A stretch of DNA of 64,000 nt from an uncultured Gemmatimonadaceae bacterium (lineage in GTDB: Bacteria > Gemmatimonadota > Gemmatimonadetes > Gemmatimonadales > Gemmatimonadaceae). Positions 18,875 to 28,324 of the stretch are shown in pieces. Within the stretch, counting starts at the first letter, position 1. Each line of letters starts with the position of its first letter. The stretch lies in contig CAVUDW010000002.1 of the NCBI GenBank assembly GCA_963740355.1, positions 2,240,001 to 2,304,000 of the forward strand, written 5' to 3'. Under the pieces are notes generated by a model. The model was not told where the DNA came from and ran no database searches. It saw only the letters and a list, made by a program, of their open reading frames with translations. The position numbers and the translations under genes were made by a program.

Positions 18875-21303
18875 GCATTCCACTCGCAGTCCTGTTGCAG
18901 ATCTCCGTCTCGGTGCAGGTGCCCGACACCATTGCCGCCCGCACTGCGGTGCCGTTCATCGTGCGCGCCACCGCCCCGGGCAACACGGCACCACGACTCA
19001 CGGTGCCGTCCGCCAGCGGCGCGGTCATCCAACTGGTCGCCGACGTGACGCGACTCGGCGGTGGCTTCGGCCAGGCAGTGGCGACGCGAGAGACGCGCTA
19101 CATCCTGCGGGTCGGCGGGCCCGGGCTGATTCAACTCTCGCCCGTCAGCGCCACGCTCGGCACACAGCAAGCGGTCAGCCTGACGAAGACGATCGTCGTG
19201 TTGCCGCCACCCACCAATGCGGTGCCAGCCATCGTGAATCGCGCACCAATCTCGCGGAACACGATGGTCAACTTCCACTCGCTCATCACACCGGACACCG
19301 TCTGGGCTGGTGAACAGGTGACGCTGCAGGTCGGTGTGTTCATCGATGACGAACTGCGGTCGCGATTGCAGCGCAACCCCGAATACGTGGCACCGTCGGT
19401 CGATGGTGCCGTTGCATACGACCTCCCGGTGGCCAACGACGCGCTGCCGAGCCGAGATGTCGATGGTGTGCGCTATCGACCGTTCATCTTTGCGCGTGCG
19501 CTGTTCCCCCTGCGATCAGGGCTACTCGCCATTCCACCGGCACGCCTCGGCTACACCCTTGGCTCCGCCGGTACGATGTTCGGCAAGCAGGAGCGACAAA
19601 CCGCCACCACACCGCCTCGGGCGGTCTTCGTGCGCGAGTTGCCGATCGAAGGGCGACCATCGTCGTTTGCTGGTGCGGTCGGCGTCTACTCCATGACGGC
19701 ATCGGTGGAGCGCGCCGCTGGGCGCGTGGGTGATGCCGTGCAACTCACGGTGCGTATCGAGGGGGTGGGCAACGTGAAGTTGTTGCCCGCACCGCTGCTC
19801 CAGATCAAGGACGTGAGCAGCGGGCCGTCCGGTGAATCGATCGTCGTCGACAGCACCGACCTGCTGGTGCGCGGCAGCAAGACGTTTCGCTACCTGCTCA
19901 CGCCGAAGCGCGATGGTGACGTGCCGCTCGGCGAGCTCCGGTACGCGTACTTCAACCCGGTGCGCGGGGCGTACGAAGAAGCGGTGGCATCCCTCGGCTC
20001 CCTGCGCGTGGCGCCAGGTACTGCGGTTGCCGACGACGAGGCAATCGCGACCGCCGCACCCGCCATCTCCTTGGAGCCATTCGGCGCACCGGCCGAGGGG
20101 GATGTCACGGAACTGTGGTGGTACCGCCTGCTCTTTGCCGGGTTGGGTGTGCCATGGTTGGCGTTGGTGTTCCGTCGCCTGTGGCGATTGCTGCCGAAGC
20201 GTGAGCCCCGCGAGCGACGCCGCAACGCGCGTGGGCTCCCCGAGGGTATCGCGATCACCTCTGCCAACCTTCGCCGATCGTTCATCGAGCGACTGTCGCC
20301 GCTCGTGCAACTGCGAAGCGACGAACCTTTCGCCGCGCCTGATGTCGTCCGTCGGCTGCGGCGCGCTGGCGTCACGAGTGATGCGGCTGAAGCCGCTGGC
20401 GCCTTGCTGAAACGACTCGACCAACTGACGTTCGGCAGCGCGACGACAGTGTCGGTCGAGCAGGTGGACCAGCTGGCCCGTGAGGCGGACGACGTGCACG
20501 CGCAGTTGGCATCGGAGTTGTCAGCCAAGGTACGGTCACGGATCAAGGCGGCGGTGCGTGTCGTGGCGCTCGTCGCTGGCGCGAGCGCAACTCTCGCAGC
20601 GCAACCCGCGGTGTACTCGCGTGGCGTCGACGCCTACCGGAAGCAGCACTTCGCTGAGGCCGCGGCACTCTTTGCCAGCGCCGCCGCCTCGACGCCTCTC
20701 ACGGCATCGGTGTGGACCAATCTTGGCGCTGCGCAGCTGATGCGCGCTGATACCGCCGGGGCCATCGTCGCGTGGCAGCGGAGCGTGCGGCTGGCACCGC
20801 GGAACAACCCCGCCATTCGTCTTCTCGACCAAATTGCACCGGCGGCCGACGTACGGACCATCGTCCCACCGATCACCGCCAATGAGGCGTGGCTGTTGCT
20901 CCTTGGCGTGACCGTGCTGCTGTCGGTCTGCGGCGCCGGCTGGCGCTGGAGCAATCGTCACATCAGCAACGGCGCACTGCTCCTGGCCACGCTAGCCGTC
21001 GCCGCGTGTTCGGCGATCGCGGTCTTCGCGCAACGCGCACAGCACGCAGACGGCATGGTCGTGATCCGTCGCGACGTGGCATTGCGCACGGAGCCTGTGC
21101 TCGCCGGCGAGGCAAACGCACGCGCCCGGGCCGGGGAAATTGCCTTCGTCGTGGACTCCAGCGTGGCGTGGCGACAATTGGCCGTCGCCGGCGGGCGCAC
21201 GGGATGGGTGGAGGCGGATGCGCTGCGCTCGATGGCACTTATCGACGGGCGCGATGTTGCGACGGCTGAGGCTCGGATCGCCGCTGAGCCACCAGTGCCC
21301 TGA
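18871..21303 (+). CDS. batD: BatD-family protein fused to TPR + SH3-like (BatE-like) region
   Basis: 'FAGAVG', 'GVGNV', 'YFNP...Y', TM helix, TPR 'WTNLG', SH3-like 'TGWV'. Confidence 0.8.
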   Translation: MSIPLAVLLQISVSVQVPDTIAARTAVPFIVRATAPGNTAPRLTVPSASGAVIQLVADVTRLGGGFGQAVATRETRYILRVGGPGLIQLSPVSATLGTQQAVSLTKTIVVLPPPTNAVPAIVNRAPISRNTMVNFHSLITPDTVWAGEQVTLQVGVFIDDELRSRLQRNPEYVAPSVDGAVAYDLPVANDALPSRDVDGVRYRPFIFARALFPLRSGLLAIPPARLGYTLGSAGTMFGKQERQTATTPPRAVFVRELPIEGRPSSFAGAVGVYSMTASVERAAGRVGDAVQLTVRIEGVGNVKLLPAPLLQIKDVSSGPSGESIVVDSTDLLVRGSKTFRYLLTPKRDGDVPLGELRYAYFNPVRGAYEEAVASLGSLRVAPGTAVADDEAIATAAPAISLEPFGAPAEGDVTELWWYRLLFAGLGVPWLALVFRRLWRLLPKREPRERRRNARGLPEGIAITSANLRRSFIERLSPLVQLRSDEPFAAPDVVRRLRRAGVTSDAAEAAGALLKRLDQLTFGSATTVSVEQVDQLAREADDVHAQLASELSAKVRSRIKAAVRVVALVAGASATLAAQPAVYSRGVDAYRKQHFAEAAALFASAAASTPLTASVWTNLGAAQLMRADTAGAIVAWQRSVRLAPRNNPAIRLLDQIAPAADVRTIVPPITANEAWLLLLGVTVLLSVCGAGWRWSNRHISNGALLLATLAVAACSAIAVFAQRAQHADGMVVIRRDVALRTEPVLAGEANARARAGEIAFVVDSSVAWRQLAVAGGRTGWVEADALRSMALIDGRDVATAEARIAAEPPVP

Positions 21304-21321
21304 CGACGATAGCTTTCAAGA

Positions 21322-23067
21322 ATGTCCCGCATCGCGATCCTTGCCTCCGCTGTCGCTGACCAGATCGCCGCCGGCGAAGTGGTCGAGCGTCCCGCGTCGA
21401 TCGTTAAGGAACTGGTCGAGAACGCGCTGGATGCCGGTGCCACGGATATCGGCATCGAGATTGAGGACGGCGGCCGCGGGCTGATCCGCATTCGCGACGA
21501 TGGGGCTGGTATGTCACCAGACGAAGCGGTCCTCGCGCTCGCGCGGCACGCCACATCGAAGATTCGATCGGCGCACGACCTGGTTGGCGTGTCGACCTTC
21601 GGCTTTCGCGGTGAGGCACTGCCCGCGATCGCCTCTGTGTCACACCTGGTGATGGACACCTCGGAGGTCGACGGGGAAGGGACCCGGGTGATCGTCTCGC
21701 AGGGCGTGCACCAGCGCACCGAACCGATCGCCCGTCGACGTGGGACGACGATCACCGTCACGGAGCTCTTTCACGCCGTTCCTGCCCGGCGGAAGTTTCT
21801 CAAGAGTGCGAGAGGCGAGTGGCGCGCGATCGCTGACCTGCTTGCAACCATCGCGCTCGTGCGCCGCGACGTTCGGTTCACGGCGTCGCATGACGGAAAG
21901 GTGGCGTTCACGGCGGTACCAGCGCGTACTTGGCGTGAGCGGTTGGCAAGCGTCTGGACGGGCACGACGCCATCGACCCTTCTCGATGTCGATGATGTGC
22001 AGGGACCGATCCATGTGCGGGGCCTGGTCGAACAGCCGTCGAACGTCGGACTCGGCGCACGTCGGGTGTTCCTCATGGTGAATGGCCGCGCGATTCGTGA
22101 CACTGGGTTGGTGCGTGCCGCCGAGGCCGCGTACCACTCGACGATTCCAGCCGGCACGCGCCCATCGCTGGCGCTCGATGTGCGGCTCCCTGGTGATGCG
22201 GTGGATGTGAATGTGCACCCGGCGAAGGCTGAGGTCCGTTTCCATGATCGCTGGGGTGTGGAGCGGGTGGTTGAAGGCGCCGTGCGACGCGCACTGGGCG
22301 TGGCGGCATCCGCGCCACTCTTCACGAGTCGGTTTGGTGGCGAACGAACCTGGTCGCCGGGACCAGTCGTAGCTGATGTCGAGATCCTGCGTGCCGCACC
22401 GGAGCCAGCCCCGCTGTTTGCCGACGCGGAAACGCTGACCGACTCCCGCGCCCGAGTCGAGGCGATCCCTGCGCCGACTGCAGACCTGACGCACGTCGAA
22501 ATCCCGCCGCTGCTGCAACTCCGACGCACGTACATGCTGTTCGAGCGTGATGACGGCGTCGTGCTGATCGACCAGCACTCGGCGCACGAGCGCGTGCTCT
22601 ATGAACGATTGATGACGCGCCTCAATGGTGGCGACGCGGTCATCCAGACGCTGCTCTTCCCGCTCACGCTGCATCTCAGTCCAGCGGAAGCTGACGCCTT
22701 CGAGGCACATCGGGACGCCTTCGTCGCACTAGGCTTCGGCATCGAGGGTTTCGGTGGGCAGACACTCGTCGTACAGAGTGTGCCCATGCCTCACCATCGC
22801 TTCGACGCCGAACGGGCGCTGCGCGAGACGCTGGCGTCGCTGGCGGGCGATCGCATTGCCAGCACCGCCGCGCGTCACGAGCGGCTTGCGATGACAGTGG
22901 CGTGCAAGGCCGCCGTGAAGTCGGGTGACCTGCTCTCGACGTCGGAGATGCGTGCGTTGTTCGCGGACCTCGCGCGCACCACGCTTCCCGCGCACGACGT
23001 GCACGGCCGCGCCACGATCGTGCAACTGAGCTGGGATGAATTGGACAGGCGGTTCGGTCGTGCGTGA
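21322..23067 (+). CDS. mutL: DNA mismatch repair endonuclease MutL
   Basis: 'QIAAGEVVERP', 'GFRGEAL', 'DVNVHPAK', 'DQHSAHERVLYE', 'ACK'. Confidence 0.97.
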   Translation: MSRIAILASAVADQIAAGEVVERPASIVKELVENALDAGATDIGIEIEDGGRGLIRIRDDGAGMSPDEAVLALARHATSKIRSAHDLVGVSTFGFRGEALPAIASVSHLVMDTSEVDGEGTRVIVSQGVHQRTEPIARRRGTTITVTELFHAVPARRKFLKSARGEWRAIADLLATIALVRRDVRFTASHDGKVAFTAVPARTWRERLASVWTGTTPSTLLDVDDVQGPIHVRGLVEQPSNVGLGARRVFLMVNGRAIRDTGLVRAAEAAYHSTIPAGTRPSLALDVRLPGDAVDVNVHPAKAEVRFHDRWGVERVVEGAVRRALGVAASAPLFTSRFGGERTWSPGPVVADVEILRAAPEPAPLFADAETLTDSRARVEAIPAPTADLTHVEIPPLLQLRRTYMLFERDDGVVLIDQHSAHERVLYERLMTRLNGGDAVIQTLLFPLTLHLSPAEADAFEAHRDAFVALGFGIEGFGGQTLVVQSVPMPHHRFDAERALRETLASLAGDRIASTAARHERLAMTVACKAAVKSGDLLSTSEMRALFADLARTTLPAHDVHGRATIVQLSWDELDRRFGRA

Positions 23068-23980
23068 GATCCCGGTCATCTGCGGGCCGACGGCGGCCGG
23101 AAAGTCCGCTGTGGCAATGGCGCTCGCCGAGCGAACTGGCGCAATGCTGATCAGCGCCGACTCGCGCCAGGTGTATCGACGATTCGATATCGGGACGGCC
23201 AAGCCCACTCCCGCCGACATGGCACTGGTGATGCACCGTGGCATCGATGTTGTCGAACCCACCGAGCGTTACTCCGCTGCCGAATGGTCGAAAAACGCAC
23301 TGCAGTGGATTGCAGAAGCGGACGCCCGGAACCAACCGGTGCTTGTCGTTGGCGGCACCGGCTTCTATCTCCGTGCGCTCGAGACACCCCTGTTCGAGTC
23401 ACCAGAGCTGGAGCCGGTGGCGCGTGCTGCAGTGCTGGCTGCACTGGAGCAGGAGTCCACCGATACACTTCGCACGCGCTGCACACAGGTCGACCCGAGC
23501 CGCGCACACCTTGGCCGCACGCAGTTGTTGCGCGCACTCGAGACGTTCGAGCTCACGGGCCGCCCGCTGAGCGAGTGGCAACACGAACGGGCGCGCCCGG
23601 CGACGGTGCGGTGCCACTACCTCATGGTGGATCCAGGCCTCGTGCTCCGTGAGCGCATCGCCCAACGGGTGCTGCAGATGCTGCAGGCCGGATGGGAGGA
23701 TGAAATCGAGGCGCTGGCGCAGTCCGTACCGCCTCACGCACCGGCGTGGAACGCCTGTGGCTACGCGGAGTTGCGTGCTGCACAGCTGGGCGAGACGTCG
23801 CGCGCGGCGGCGATCGAGCGTACCATCATCGCCACGCGTCAGTACGCCAAGCGTCAGCGCACCTGGTTTCGGCACCAGTTGCCCGCGTCACGTGTTACGT
23901 CCCTCGATCCACAAGACGCCGACGCCTCGCGGCGCGCCTCGTCCTGGCTGGAATCCGCCCTACTGTCGGAGCACCTGTGA
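23060..23980 (+). CDS. miaA: tRNA dimethylallyltransferase
   Basis: 'GPTAAGKS', 'SADSRQVY', 'GGTGFY', 'YAKRQRTWFR'. Confidence 0.96.
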   Translation: MREIPVICGPTAAGKSAVAMALAERTGAMLISADSRQVYRRFDIGTAKPTPADMALVMHRGIDVVEPTERYSAAEWSKNALQWIAEADARNQPVLVVGGTGFYLRALETPLFESPELEPVARAAVLAALEQESTDTLRTRCTQVDPSRAHLGRTQLLRALETFELTGRPLSEWQHERARPATVRCHYLMVDPGLVLRERIAQRVLQMLQAGWEDEIEALAQSVPPHAPAWNACGYAELRAAQLGETSRAAAIERTIIATRQYAKRQRTWFRHQLPASRVTSLDPQDADASRRASSWLESALLSEHL

Positions 23981-25164
23981 AAATCGGCATCACCTGCTAT
24001 CCCACGTACGGCGGCTCGGGCGCCATGGCCACCGAACTCGGTATCGCGCTCGCGGCCCGTGGGCACGAAATCCACTTCATCACGTACGCCCAGCCGTTCC
24101 GGCTGCCGGCGTTCCTGCCGCGTGTCTTCTTTCACGAAGTCGATGTCGGCCGGTATCCGTTGTTCGAATATCCGCCCTACGATCTCGCACTCGCGGTGCG
24201 CATGCACGAAGTGACGCGCAGTGCGAAGCTCGATGTGCTCCACTGCCATTACGCGATCCCGCACGCCACCAGCGCCTGGATCGCCCGAGAGATGATGCGT
24301 GAGTCGGGGGACGACGTGGCGGTCGTCACCACGTTGCACGGCACCGACATCACGATCGTGGGACAGGACCCGTCGTACTGGGCGATCACCAAGTTCTCGA
24401 TCGAGAAGTCGGATCGTATCACCGCCGTCTCCGAGCATCTGCAGCGCGAGACCGTGAACGCCTTCGGCTGCACCGGGTGCTCGGTGGACGTGATCCACAA
24501 CTTCATCGATCCAGCTGTGTACGATCGCAGCCGGTATCCGGGCGCGCTGGCTGGAATGGTCGCCGCACCCGGCAAGGTGCTGATGCACATCAGCAACTTT
24601 CGCGCAGTCAAGCGTACCGTCGATGTCATCCGGATCTTTGCCCGTGTGTCGGCGGCGATCGAGGCAACGCTGGTGATGGTGGGTGACGGCCCGGATCGTG
24701 GCATGGCGCAGGAAGAGGCGCGGGCGCTTGGAGTGGCGGATCGGGTGCAGTTTCTCGGACGCATCGAAAACGTCGCGCCGCTTCTCTCATCGGCCGACCT
24801 GTTCCTGCTGCCGTCGGAGAACGAGTCCTTCGGGCTCTCGGCGCTCGAGGCGCTCGCGTGCGGTGTGCCCGTGGTGGCCTCGGATGCGGGCGGCATCCCG
24901 GAAGTCATCCGCGAAGGGGTCACCGGCGCGTTGCGACCGGTCGGTGACGTCGAGGCGATGGCGGTGGCGGCCATCGGGATCCTGTCCGACGATGCACGCT
25001 GGGCCCGGATGAGCGTGGCGGCCGCGGACGATGCGCGTCAACGGTTCAGTGAGTCGCGCATCATCGGGCAGTACGAGGCGACGTACGAGGACGCGCTGGC
25101 CGTGGCGGCCTCGCGTCGGCGGGCCCGGTCAGGTGGCACACCGGTCCCGAGCAGTCTTCCCTAA
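23977..25164 (+). CDS. bshA: N-acetyl-alpha-D-glucosaminyl L-malate synthase (bacillithiol biosynthesis)
   Basis: 'MKIGITCYPTYGGSG', 'HYAIPHA', 'TTLHGTDIT', 'HISNFRAVKR', 'ESFGL'. Confidence 0.93.
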   Translation: MKIGITCYPTYGGSGAMATELGIALAARGHEIHFITYAQPFRLPAFLPRVFFHEVDVGRYPLFEYPPYDLALAVRMHEVTRSAKLDVLHCHYAIPHATSAWIAREMMRESGDDVAVVTTLHGTDITIVGQDPSYWAITKFSIEKSDRITAVSEHLQRETVNAFGCTGCSVDVIHNFIDPAVYDRSRYPGALAGMVAAPGKVLMHISNFRAVKRTVDVIRIFARVSAAIEATLVMVGDGPDRGMAQEEARALGVADRVQFLGRIENVAPLLSSADLFLLPSENESFGLSALEALACGVPVVASDAGGIPEVIREGVTGALRPVGDVEAMAVAAIGILSDDARWARMSVAAADDARQRFSESRIIGQYEATYEDALAVAASRRRARSGGTPVPSSLP

Positions 25165-25206
25165 CTAATGCTTGCGCTCGGTGTGCGGCAGCGTATCCTC
25201 ATGGGT

Positions 25207-26451
25207 ATGTCGACTGCGGATGACCGTCGCTGGTGTCGACGCGTTGGACTGAGGCTCGCCGTCGGACTCGCGCTCGGCGCCTGTCAGAACGGCGAGTCGC
25301 CGCCGCCGGCTGAGCCGATCGGGAACGACGGTGCCAACCTGCGACTCGAGCAAGTTGTCTTCACTCAGGTTGTGCAGAATGACGCCCGCTCCATTCCACT
25401 GATCGCCGGCGCCCACGCGGCGGCCAAAGTGATGATCACGCGGAGCAAGGAGAGCGTCGACGAAGTGCCGGTTGTGCTGCGACTCTTCCGCGACGGAAAG
25501 TTGGTCCACACCGATACAGCCCGCACCGGCGGCGTGTTGAGTCGCGCTCGGTCTCTCGCGGCGTCGAGTGCGCAATTCTTGATTCCGCCGGCACTGGTCG
25601 CGTCGGACGTGACATGGCAGGTGGAGATCGATCCACGCCAAACCCTACCGGATTCGACGCGCGCTGACAATCGACTCCCTGTGACAGGGGCAGAGCCGTT
25701 ACGGACCGTCGACATCCTGCCGCTGCGCATCCGCCTGATTCCGGTGGTTCTCTCGCGTCATGCCAATCTCACGGGCGACGTGAGCGTCGCCAATGCCGAC
25801 GTTTACCTTCGAGTTTCTCGGCAGATTTTCCCCATCCGTGAGCTTCGCGTGGCGATCGGTGCGCCGCTCACTACATCCGCGTTTTTCGGCACAGCGCCGG
25901 ACGATGGTGGTAACCTGTTTTTCTGGCAGACGATCCTCGACGATATTGAACAGGCGCGTCGCGCCAGCGGTTCGGTCGATGAGTATTGGTACGGTGTCGT
26001 TCCAATTCCATCGGGGTACGCGACGATCAAATGGGGCGGGATGGCCTATCTTGGCGTCGCGTCTGGCGACAGCTTGGCTCCGGCATACGCCGCCGTTGGC
26101 GCCGACGTCTCCAGCAATCCAGCGTTCGCATCGCTCACGCTAGCCCACGAGCTGGGGCACAACTTCGGACGCTCGCACGCACCGGGCTGTAATGCGGTGG
26201 CCCCCATAGACGTTGGGTTCCCGGATGGTAACGGCAGCATTACGTCGATCGGTCATGACGTGTGGAGCTGGGCTAACGGCGCCGCCCGCGGCGCGCAGGC
26301 GGTCGGTGCCGAAACGGCGGACATCATGAGTTACTGCGCGCCGCCGAAGTGGATCAGTGCACACAACTACAGCTCGGTCTTGCAGTGGCGAATTGGAACG
26401 GGCGTGTCGTTGCGCACGCTGAACCTGGTTCAGCCCAAGGCGGTGCCGTGA
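25207..26451 (+). CDS. Secreted Zn metalloprotease lipoprotein (metzincin, M66-like)
   Basis: Lipobox 'LGAC', 'HELGHNFGRSH', Met-turn 'DIMSY'. TTGCGC-16-TATCCT at 25172-25199 favours ATG 25207 (25201 is the alternative). Confidence 0.82.
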   Translation: MSTADDRRWCRRVGLRLAVGLALGACQNGESPPPAEPIGNDGANLRLEQVVFTQVVQNDARSIPLIAGAHAAAKVMITRSKESVDEVPVVLRLFRDGKLVHTDTARTGGVLSRARSLAASSAQFLIPPALVASDVTWQVEIDPRQTLPDSTRADNRLPVTGAEPLRTVDILPLRIRLIPVVLSRHANLTGDVSVANADVYLRVSRQIFPIRELRVAIGAPLTTSAFFGTAPDDGGNLFFWQTILDDIEQARRASGSVDEYWYGVVPIPSGYATIKWGGMAYLGVASGDSLAPAYAAVGADVSSNPAFASLTLAHELGHNFGRSHAPGCNAVAPIDVGFPDGNGSITSIGHDVWSWANGAARGAQAVGAETADIMSYCAPPKWISAHNYSSVLQWRIGTGVSLRTLNLVQPKAVP

Positions 26452-26750
26452 CTGAGCGCCGGCGCCGAGGCTCAGCAGATCGTGAGTATCGATCGAGCCT
26501 GCGGGATGGCGGTGCGATCGTGCACCGCACGCCATTCCCGTTCTCTGCCAGCGGCTGTCCGCAGCCGGTCGCCGGCGCGTGACACACGGGACCCTGACCC
26601 CGCGGACTTCGCCGCGATGTCCATCGGCGATCCCAATGGTACCACGCCTCCCTTCTCACCTCCGGATCGGGCCTGACGTGCCGGAGGATCGAGTAGACTT
26701 CCCGAGTCGCCACACCCCGCGGCACCATTCTGCGCCCCTCACTATCCGTC

Positions 26751-27554
26751 ATGAACGTCCTTCACGCGCTCGTCCTTGGCATCGTCCAGGGCCTCGCCGA
26801 ATTTCTGCCGATCAGCTCCTCCGCACACCTCAGTCTCGTGCCGTACGTCTTCGGGTGGGAAGACCCGGGGCTCGCGTTCGATGTGGCGCTCCACCTCGGC
26901 ACGCTGGCCGCGGTGCTCTGGTACTTCCGAGTCGAGTGGATCAATCTCACGAAGGCAGGCTTTGCGATCCTTCGCACACGCAAGGTGGTCGGCGATGATC
27001 AGTGGCGCGCCGTGTTCATCGTCATCGCGACCATTCCAGGGGCCATCGGCGGCCTGCTGCTCGAGAAGTACGCCGAGACGGTTTTCCGTGATCCGAAACT
27101 GACGGCGATCGCACTCATCGTGCTGGGCACGCTCCTCTGGGCTGCCGATCGTTATGCGCGGCAGACTCGTGAACTCCCTGGAATGCGATGGACCGACGCG
27201 CTCCTTGTCGGCGTGGCGCAGGTGTTCGCGTTGATTCCTGGTGTGTCGCGTTCCGGCTCGACCATGACTGCAGGTCGTGCCCTCGGTTTTGATCGCACCA
27301 GTGCCGCGACATTCAGCTTCCTCATGTCGATGCCGATCACTGCCGCGGCCGCTGTGCTGAAGGTGCCTGAAGCGCTGCGCGAAGGGATCACGCTGCCGAT
27401 CGTCGTCGGCATCCTCGCCTCCGCGATCAGCGGCTGGCTCGCGATCTCCGTCCTGCTCCGGTACATCTCGACCAAGAGCTTCGGCATCTTTGCGGTCTAT
27501 CGGTGGATCCTTGGTATCGCTGTGCTTCTCCTGATCTATTCGCGACAGGCATGA
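26751..27554 (+). CDS. uppP: Undecaprenyl-diphosphatase
   Basis: 'GIVQGLAEFLPISSSAHL', 'PGVSRSGST'. Confidence 0.96.
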   Translation: MNVLHALVLGIVQGLAEFLPISSSAHLSLVPYVFGWEDPGLAFDVALHLGTLAAVLWYFRVEWINLTKAGFAILRTRKVVGDDQWRAVFIVIATIPGAIGGLLLEKYAETVFRDPKLTAIALIVLGTLLWAADRYARQTRELPGMRWTDALLVGVAQVFALIPGVSRSGSTMTAGRALGFDRTSAATFSFLMSMPITAAAAVLKVPEALREGITLPIVVGILASAISGWLAISVLLRYISTKSFGIFAVYRWILGIAVLLLIYSRQA

Positions 27555-28321
27555 TGCAGGATCGTACCGCCATGCTGTCGGTTTACGACGACGTGCTGTG
27601 CGAGCGCCTCTGTTCGCAGTCCGGCGCCGCCAGCCTGATCGCTGTGGATCACTGCACCAGCACGATGGATCTGGCGCACCAACAGGCGGCACTCGGTGCT
27701 GCGCATGGCACCGTGATCGTTGCCGAGCAACAGGGGGCGGGGCGTGGGCGCTCGGGCAAGTCGTGGGTGTCGGAGCGTGGCGTGGGCGTCTGGACCAGCG
27801 TGCTGCTCCGGCAGCAGGCGGGTGCTCCAGCGGGGGTGCTGTCGTTGCGCGTCGGTCTCGCCCTCGCAGCGTCGCTTGATGCATTCACCTCCGTGCCTAT
27901 TCAGCTGAAGTGGCCGAATGACCTTTATCTGGGGCAGCGCAAGCTCGCGGGCGTGCTTACCGAAGCACGATGGCGTGGCGACATGCTCGAGTGGATCGTG
28001 GTTGGCGTGGGCGTGAACGTGCGTCCCTCCGCTACGATTCCGCCGAGCGCCTCACTCGGTGATGCTGCCTCGCGCGCCATGGTGCTGGTCGCGGTCGTGC
28101 GTGCAGTGCTCGCCGCAGGGCAGGGTGCGGGCGAACTCTCCGACAGCGAGCTCGCCGCGTATGCCGCGCGCGATTTCGCGGCGGGCCAACGTGCTGCGTC
28201 CCCGTTGGAAGGCACGGTGCTCGGCATCACCAGCCGCGGGGGGCTGCGGGTGAGCACAGCGGCAGGGGAAGCAGTGGCCGTCGCGGGCTCTCTGGTGTTC
28301 AGCAATCAAACTGTGGAGTGA
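27551..28321 (+). CDS. birA: Biotin--acetyl-CoA-carboxylase ligase (no HTH)
   Basis: 'STM', 'QGAGRGRSGKSW', 'KWPND', 'KLAGVL'. Confidence 0.93.
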   Translation: MMQDRTAMLSVYDDVLCERLCSQSGAASLIAVDHCTSTMDLAHQQAALGAAHGTVIVAEQQGAGRGRSGKSWVSERGVGVWTSVLLRQQAGAPAGVLSLRVGLALAASLDAFTSVPIQLKWPNDLYLGQRKLAGVLTEARWRGDMLEWIVVGVGVNVRPSATIPPSASLGDAASRAMVLVAVVRAVLAAGQGAGELSDSELAAYAARDFAAGQRAASPLEGTVLGITSRGGLRVSTAAGEAVAVAGSLVFSNQTVE

Positions 28322-28324
28322 TCG

